Shown here: piece after piece, positions 59,457 to 64,000 of the stretch
Layout: each line of letters starts with the position of its first letter
Numbering within the stretch: position 1 is the stretch's first letter
From: Minisyncoccota bacterium
GTDB taxonomy: Bacteria; Patescibacteriota; Minisyncoccia; Phycocordibacterales; JABAAK01
Direction: 5' to 3'
DNA length: 64,000 bases
NCBI GenBank assembly: GCA_965216295.1
Contig: OZ244141.1
Location: 78,163 to 142,162, forward strand
Program-made: the position numbers and the translations under genes
The notes under the pieces: generated by a model
Told to the model about the DNA's origin: nothing
The model's database searches: none
The model's input: only the letters and a program-made list of their open reading frames with translations

Positions 59457-59543
59457 AAGGGCTAAAACCTAATCGCGAACTCTTATTTCAGAGTTGTTTA
59501 ATTCACACCGCCTATTTTAACCTAGCAATCTTCCTCTCAGTCA

Positions 59544-60023
59544 TCAGGACTTAGATTCAGAAATAAGATTAGCAGGTGATAGTTGTGCTCTGTTAGCAAG
59601 AAACTCTTTATATTTTTCTTTCAGGTTATCAAGACATCCTTGAGAGATGTCAGCAGAACCATTACAGCTCAACTGAGCACCAGTTCGAACATAGATGGTT
59701 GTAAAAGTATCAATTTTTCCAAGCAGAGAATAATTCTTCGAATCTTTCAAACTCAACAAATAATTACAATTCGGATCATCATCACCCACTTTTTCAATCA
59801 TGAGAACACCGTCTTCAAGAGCATGAACTATTACAATGCATCTATAATCTAGTGATCTATAATTCCACACAGACATGAGACGAGGATACGGAGCCGCTTT
59901 TTCCGGAGTTATGGAAGTTACACCGGGGTACCCTCCAGTTCCAAAAGACGGACTCGCAGCAAACGCCACGGAAGAGCTAAGCAGGGCGACAAAAACCGCA
60001 CCAAACAAAAATTTTACATTCAT
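59544..60023 (-). CDS. Cassette B1 secreted protein
   Basis: GGAG SD, signal peptide, AASPSFGTGGYP. Confidence 0.8.
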   Translation of the reverse strand: MNVKFLFGAVFVALLSSSVAFAASPSFGTGGYPGVTSITPEKAAPYPRLMSVWNYRSLDYRCIVIVHALEDGVLMIEKVGDDDPNCNYLLSLKDSKNYSLLGKIDTFTTIYVRTGAQLSCNGSADISQGCLDNLKEKYKEFLANRAQLSPANLISESKS

Positions 60024-60104
60024 AATACTTCTCCTAAGTAATTTAAAATGAGTCCTGCGCCAAAGATACAGGCAGACCAAAGAACGATAATCTAATCCAA
60101 AAGA

Positions 60105-60133
60105 ATTGTAATACATAATAGTGTATTTGTCAA
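60105..60133 (-). promoter_or_regulatory. sigma70 promoter, cassette B1
   Basis: TTGACA-17 bp-TACAAT. Confidence 0.85.
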
Positions 60134-60153
60134 ATAGCTGTTTAGTATAAAAA

Positions 60154-60179
60154 AGGTGCGCTCATTGCTGAGCGCACCT
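60154..60179 (-). terminator. Cassette terminator 4
   Basis: Identical to terminator 3. Confidence 0.85.
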
Positions 60180-60266
60180 AAGGGCTAAAACCTAATCGCG
60201 AACTCTTATTTCAGAGTTGTTTAATTCACACCGCCTATTTTAACCTAGCAATCTTCCTCTCAGTCA

Positions 60267-60752
60267 TCAGGACTTAGATTCAGAAATAAGATTAGCAGGT
60301 GATAGTTGTGCTCTGTTAGCAAGAAACTCTTTATATTTTTCTTTCAGGTTATCAAGACATCCTTGAGAGATGTCAGCAGAACCATTACAGCTCAACTGAG
60401 CACCAGTTCGAACATAGATGGTTGTAAAAGTATCAATTTTTCCAAGCAGAGAATAATTATCCATAGAATAATTTTCTATCGTAAAATTCCACAAAGAATC
60501 ACAATTCGAACTCACTTTTTTAATCATGAGAACATCCTCTTCAAGCAAATAAGCTACACCAGCACAACCAGAATCCGGCGAGTATCTCTGTTTCCACACA
60601 GACATGAGACGAGGATACGGAGCCACTTTTTCCGGAGTTATGGAAGTTACACCGGGGTACCCTCCAGTTCCAAAAGACGGACTCGCAGCAAACGCCACGG
60701 AAGAGCTAAGCAGGGCGACAAAAACCGCACCAAACAAAAATTTTACATTCAT
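60267..60752 (-). CDS. Cassette B2 secreted protein
   Basis: Nearly identical to B1 outside a central ~45 aa block. Confidence 0.8.
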   Translation of the reverse strand: MNVKFLFGAVFVALLSSSVAFAASPSFGTGGYPGVTSITPEKVAPYPRLMSVWKQRYSPDSGCAGVAYLLEEDVLMIKKVSSNCDSLWNFTIENYSMDNYSLLGKIDTFTTIYVRTGAQLSCNGSADISQGCLDNLKEKYKEFLANRAQLSPANLISESKS

Positions 60753-60841
60753 AATACTTCTCCTAAGTAATTTAAAAATGAGTCCTGCACCAAAGGAAAG
60801 GTACAGGTAGACTATAAAAAACTATAATCTAATCCAAAAGA

Positions 60842-60870
60842 ATTGTAATACATAATAGTGTATTTGTCAA
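60842..60870 (-). promoter_or_regulatory. sigma70 promoter, cassette B2
   Basis: TTGACA-17 bp-TACAAT. Confidence 0.85.
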
Positions 60871-60890
60871 AGAGCTGTTTGGTATAAAAA

Positions 60891-60916
60891 AGATGCGCTC
60901 ATTGCTGAGCGCATCT
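60891..60916 (-). terminator. Cassette terminator 5
   Basis: Same hairpin plus T run. Confidence 0.85.
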
Positions 60917-60971
60917 AAGGGCTAAAACATAATCGCGAACTTTCGTTTCAGAGTTGTTTAATTCACACCAC

Positions 60972-61493
60972 CTATTTTAACCTAGCAATCTTCCTTCCAG
61001 ACATCACGATAAAGCTAGATCCAGAAATAAAATTAATAGTTCGTTCCCTGTTGGCAAGAAACTCTTCGTGTTTTTCTTTCAGGTTATCAAGAGAACATCC
61101 TTGAGGGGTGTCAGCAGAACCATTACAGCTCAACTGAACATCATTTCGAACATGGATAGTTGTAAAGGCATCAATTTTTCCAAGCAGAAAATAATTCTCC
61201 GAATCTCCCACCGATTTCCACGAATAATCACAATTCGTCGGACCAATATCCACTTCTTCAATCATGAGAACACCATCTTCAAGCAGATAAACTATTCCAC
61301 TACAGCCAGAATTCGGTGCGTATCTCTGATTCCACACAGATATGAAACGAGGATACGGATCCACTTTCTCTGAAATTGTGGAAGTTACACCAGAGGATCC
61401 TCCAGCTCCAAAAGATGGACTCGCAGCAAACGCCACGGAAGAGCTAAGTATGGTGATGACAAGAGTCGCACCAAACAAAAACTTTATATTCAT
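60972..61493 (-). CDS. Cassette B3 secreted protein
   Basis: Paralog of B1/B2; signal peptide; QLSCNGSAD. Confidence 0.8.
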   Translation of the reverse strand: MNIKFLFGATLVITILSSSVAFAASPSFGAGGSSGVTSTISEKVDPYPRFISVWNQRYAPNSGCSGIVYLLEDGVLMIEEVDIGPTNCDYSWKSVGDSENYFLLGKIDAFTTIHVRNDVQLSCNGSADTPQGCSLDNLKEKHEEFLANRERTINFISGSSFIVMSGRKIARLK

Positions 61494-61576
61494 AATACTT
61501 CTCCTAAATAATTTAAAATGAGCCCTGCACCAAAGGTACGGGTAGACTATAAAAAACCATAATCTAATCCAATAAC

Positions 61577-61605
61577 ACAGTAATACACAATAACATTTTT
61601 GTCAA
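61577..61605 (-). promoter_or_regulatory. sigma70 promoter, cassette B3
   Basis: TTGACA-17 bp-TACTGT. Confidence 0.75.
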
Positions 61606-61626
61606 ATAATTGTTTAGTATAAAAAA

Positions 61627-61649
61627 GATGCGCTCGTAATGAGCGCATC
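61627..61649 (-). terminator. Cassette terminator 6 (variant loop)
   Basis: GATGCGCTC-5 nt-GAGCGCATC plus T run. Confidence 0.8.
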
Positions 61650-61800
61650 CCAATTCCTCCAGGTTAAAAGTACAAGCTTGATGGAGTAAAGAAAAAACTT
61701 AATAGAGTTGTTGCTCCGTCACCCTCTTCTCATAATTCTCCTCAATCTCCTTCCGAATCTTCCACATCCCCATCATTTTCGGTGATTTTGAAGTAAAAGC

Positions 61801-62292
61801 TCATCCCCAACCAGGGAGCAACAAGGAGTAATTCACAATTATAGAAAGGTCAGTACATTGCTCAAACCCTACAGTGCGACTCCTAATAAATTCAGGAGAA
61901 CCAACCAAAACGATAAAAGCATCATCTTGATTAGTAAAACACTGCACGAATGTATCCACAATCACCGTTTCTGAAATACACAGAAGTCCAGCAATGTTTC
62001 GCACCGTATAAGTACCATCGTAAGCACCATAGTTTTTATATGAAACAAGCTTGATAAAGCGCGGATCAGACAACGAAGTTTCAATAGAACTGTTAAAATC
62101 TATAAGATCAGGTACTTCCTCCTTGAGGGGAAGAAGATGAATAAGAGGGTGAGGTCTTCTTTCATCATTAAGAACGTTGGGAGCACCCATTACCGCCTTT
62201 CGCTCTTCATTTTGACCAATGTACTCTAGAGCAATATAATCTTTGGTTTCGGCAAGACATAATACTTGCCGATTTGGTTTTGGTTGTTGCAT
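61801..62292 (-). CDS. Cassette C1 protein, ending at a probably premature TGA (frame continues to TAA at 61699)
   Basis: GGAGG SD; paralog of C2; in-frame continuation ends EQQLY like C2. Confidence 0.7.
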   Translation of the reverse strand: MQQPKPNRQVLCLAETKDYIALEYIGQNEERKAVMGAPNVLNDERRPHPLIHLLPLKEEVPDLIDFNSSIETSLSDPRFIKLVSYKNYGAYDGTYTVRNIAGLLCISETVIVDTFVQCFTNQDDAFIVLVGSPEFIRSRTVGFEQCTDLSIIVNYSLLLPGWG

Positions 62293-62389
62293 AAGCAAAC
62301 CTCCATAATTGATTCAAAGAAACCTGCACACAACATAAAAAGTCGCGTTGCAGTAGAAAGTAGATGAATCAAATCAACTACCTAAATGT

Positions 62390-62418
62390 ATTGTAATGTA
62401 TAACAGTGTGTTTGCCAA
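62390..62418 (-). promoter_or_regulatory. sigma70 promoter, cassette C1
   Basis: TTGGCA-17 bp-TACAAT. Confidence 0.75.
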
Positions 62419-62440
62419 TAGTTGTTTAGTATAAAAACAA

Positions 62441-62466
62441 AGATGCGCTCATTGCTGAGCGCATCT
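62441..62466 (-). terminator. Cassette terminator 7
   Basis: Same hairpin plus TTGTTTTT. Confidence 0.85.
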
Positions 62467-62518
62467 TGAAAATTTCCTCCAGGTTAAAAGTACAAACTTA
62501 ATGAAGTAAAGAAAAAAC

Positions 62519-63091
62519 TTAATAGAGTTGTTGCTCCATCTGATTCATTTCCTTCTCCCTCTGAATCCCAATCTTTCCCATCAGAGAGTCTATCAACTGA
62601 TTAACAAGTGTGGGATAATGCACAACCTTAAAAGGGTCAGCGCGTTGCTCTTCATTTGTTTTCTCAAACCTTACAGTGCGACTCCTAATAAATTCAGGAG
62701 AACCAACCAAAACGATAAAAGCACCATCTTGACTAGTAAAACACTGCACGAATGTATCCACAATCACCGTTTCTGGTATACACAGAACCCCAGCAATGTC
62801 TCGCACGGTACAAGTACTACCATTTCTGTAAGTATAATCAGTTCTGGAAGATACAAATCTGATAAAGCGCGAATCAAACAACGAAATTTCAATGGATTTT
62901 TTAAAATCTATAAGATCAGGTACTTCCTCCTTGGGGGGAAGAAGATGAAGAGGACAACGAACCCCTCCTTCATCATTAAAAGGGCTGTCGTGACATGTCG
63001 CCCCCCATTCTTTATACTGATCAGAGTACTCCAGAGCAATATAATCTTTGGTTTCTACAAGATATAACACCTGCCGTTCTGGTTGTTGCAT
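62519..63091 (-). CDS. Cassette C2 protein (no signal peptide)
   Basis: GGAGG SD; ETKDYIALEY, ETVIVDTFVQCF and LVGSPEFIRSRTV shared with C1. Confidence 0.78.
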   Translation of the reverse strand: MQQPERQVLYLVETKDYIALEYSDQYKEWGATCHDSPFNDEGGVRCPLHLLPPKEEVPDLIDFKKSIEISLFDSRFIRFVSSRTDYTYRNGSTCTVRDIAGVLCIPETVIVDTFVQCFTSQDGAFIVLVGSPEFIRSRTVRFEKTNEEQRADPFKVVHYPTLVNQLIDSLMGKIGIQREKEMNQMEQQLY

Positions 63092-63188
63092 AAGCAAACC
63101 TCCATAATTGATTCAAAGAACCTGCACACAACACCAAAAGGTCGCATCACAGTAGAAAGTAGATGAATCAAATCAACTATCTAAATGT

Positions 63189-63217
63189 ATTGTAATATAT
63201 AACAGTGTGTTTGCCAA
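63189..63217 (-). promoter_or_regulatory. sigma70 promoter, cassette C2
   Basis: TTGGCA-17 bp-TACAAT, just downstream of the helicase stop. Confidence 0.75.
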
Positions 63218-63233
63218 TAGTTGTTTACTATAC

Positions 63234-64000
63234 CTACCATTTTATAATCACACCAGGTGTTGTTTCATTTCTATCCTGAAAATCATCATAGAGAGCAAGG
63301 AGTGCTTGATCGTCAAATATGTCATACAAGAACGATGATGCTTGCACAGTTCTATGTTTACCCAAAAAACTACGCCGTCTTGCATACGAGCAGTACAGCA
63401 ACTTTTGCGCTCGTGTAATTGCTACATAACAGAGTCGTCGTTCCTCTTCAGCATCCCCTCTATCATCTGTTGTGAGGAATGGAAACAAACCTTCTTCCAG
63501 GCCACTTAAAAACACAACAGGAAATTCTAATCCTTTAGCCGCATGTACGGTCATTAATCGAACACCATCTCGGTGGTGACGAAGTGTGTCTTGATCAGAG
63601 CTCAATGCAGCTTCAGTGAGTATGGCATCAACACCTTTGGTTCCTTGCAGATGTGAAAATTTCTCAGCAAATGCAATTAATTCATACACCTCTTGTTTTC
63701 TTTCTTCAGGATTACCAAACGTTTCATTGAGATACGTATCATAGTCAATGGTTTTGATAAGTTTCTGTAATGTGTGTGCCACCGTCTGTGTTTCAAGAGA
63801 TTTCCGCACGTCATCAACAACCTCTTCAAACCGCTGTACCTTTTTCTGTATACGCGGAGTAATTGCATTTCGTTGCCCAGAAAAAAGTTTTTCAATTGTT
63901 TTTGCACCAATACCACGAGAAGGAATGCCGACAGCGCGAATGAAAGCATCGCGAGCGTTTCTATTCCGTGCGAGCGTTAGATATGCTAACAACCCACTTA
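63234..64000 (-). CDS. PcrA/UvrD-family DNA helicase, C-terminal part (5' end outside window)
   Basis: P.RGIG, LMTVHAAKGLEF, GLEEGLFP, EEERRLCYVAITRA. Confidence 0.93.
   Translation of the reverse strand, partial: SGLLAYLTLARNRNARDAFIRAVGIPSRGIGAKTIEKLFSGQRNAITPRIQKKVQRFEEVVDDVRKSLETQTVAHTLQKLIKTIDYDTYLNETFGNPEERKQEVYELIAFAEKFSHLQGTKGVDAILTEAALSSDQDTLRHHRDGVRLMTVHAAKGLEFPVVFLSGLEEGLFPFLTTDDRGDAEEERRLCYVAITRAQKLLYCSYARRRSFLGKHRTVQASSFLYDIFDDQALLALYDDFQDRNETTPGVIIKW

Larger units (their letters stand above)
57887..63230 (-). repeat. Tandem array of seven promoter-ORF-terminator cassettes (~710-815 bp period)
   Basis: Hairpin at 57887, 58662, 59431, 60154, 60891, 61627, 62441; shared intergenic blocks; paralogous ORFs. 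Confidence 0.92.

Noticed and set aside
57939-61493. Diversity-generating retroelement TR/VR pair
   Set aside because: No reverse transcriptase in the window; differences include indels, are central rather than C-terminal, and are not visibly adenine-restricted.
57887-62466. Repeated 26-bp palindrome as a CRISPR array
   Set aside because: Spacing is 700-800 bp with whole genes in between; no cas genes; U-tails indicate terminators.
58729-63067. Antisense ORFs inside cassettes (58729-59319, 60306-60770, 62528-63067)
   Set aside because: Promoter, SD and terminator all point to the minus strand; the + frames are not consistently open across paralogs.
57887-63230. Classical integron with attC sites
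   Set aside because: No intI in the window; the outer arms run GTT...AAC rather than RYYYAAC...GTTRRRY; cassettes carry their own promoters.
1-64000. Genome-wide UGA recoding (code 25 or 4)
   Set aside because: Core genes are intact under code 11, and yebC and tsaE end in TGA overlapping the next ATG.

Overview
AT-rich bacterial chromosome segment spanning the probable replication origin (dnaN-dnaA / rpmH-rnpA-yidC). Gene content suggests a Patescibacteria/CPR (Parcubacteria-like) organism; this is an inference from the short ValS, exonuclease-less PolA, lamin-tail and S74-domain surface proteins, and a PrgI/VirB4/VirB6-like locus with a CPR-type pilin. TGA acts as a stop in core genes (code 11). 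The window also holds six tRNAs, a two-domain ThyX, class Ia NrdAB, an ABC exporter, ruvA/B/C, a PilB-like ATPase and PBP1A. The most striking element is a ~5.3 kb tandem array between rsmA and a PcrA/UvrD helicase. It has seven self-contained cassettes, each with its own sigma70 promoter (17-bp spacer), SD, ORF and conserved terminator hairpin. Five encode secreted proteins with constant flanks and swapped, hypervariable cores, which looks like a recombination-driven diversification system. Other highlights: a Panacea/PemK-like TA pair inserted into the thyX terminator with a 17-bp direct repeat; a VirB6-like protein carrying a C-terminal J domain; widespread leaderless-gene signatures; and a tRNA-Arg(GCG). 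All calls come from motif recognition by eye; no searches were run.
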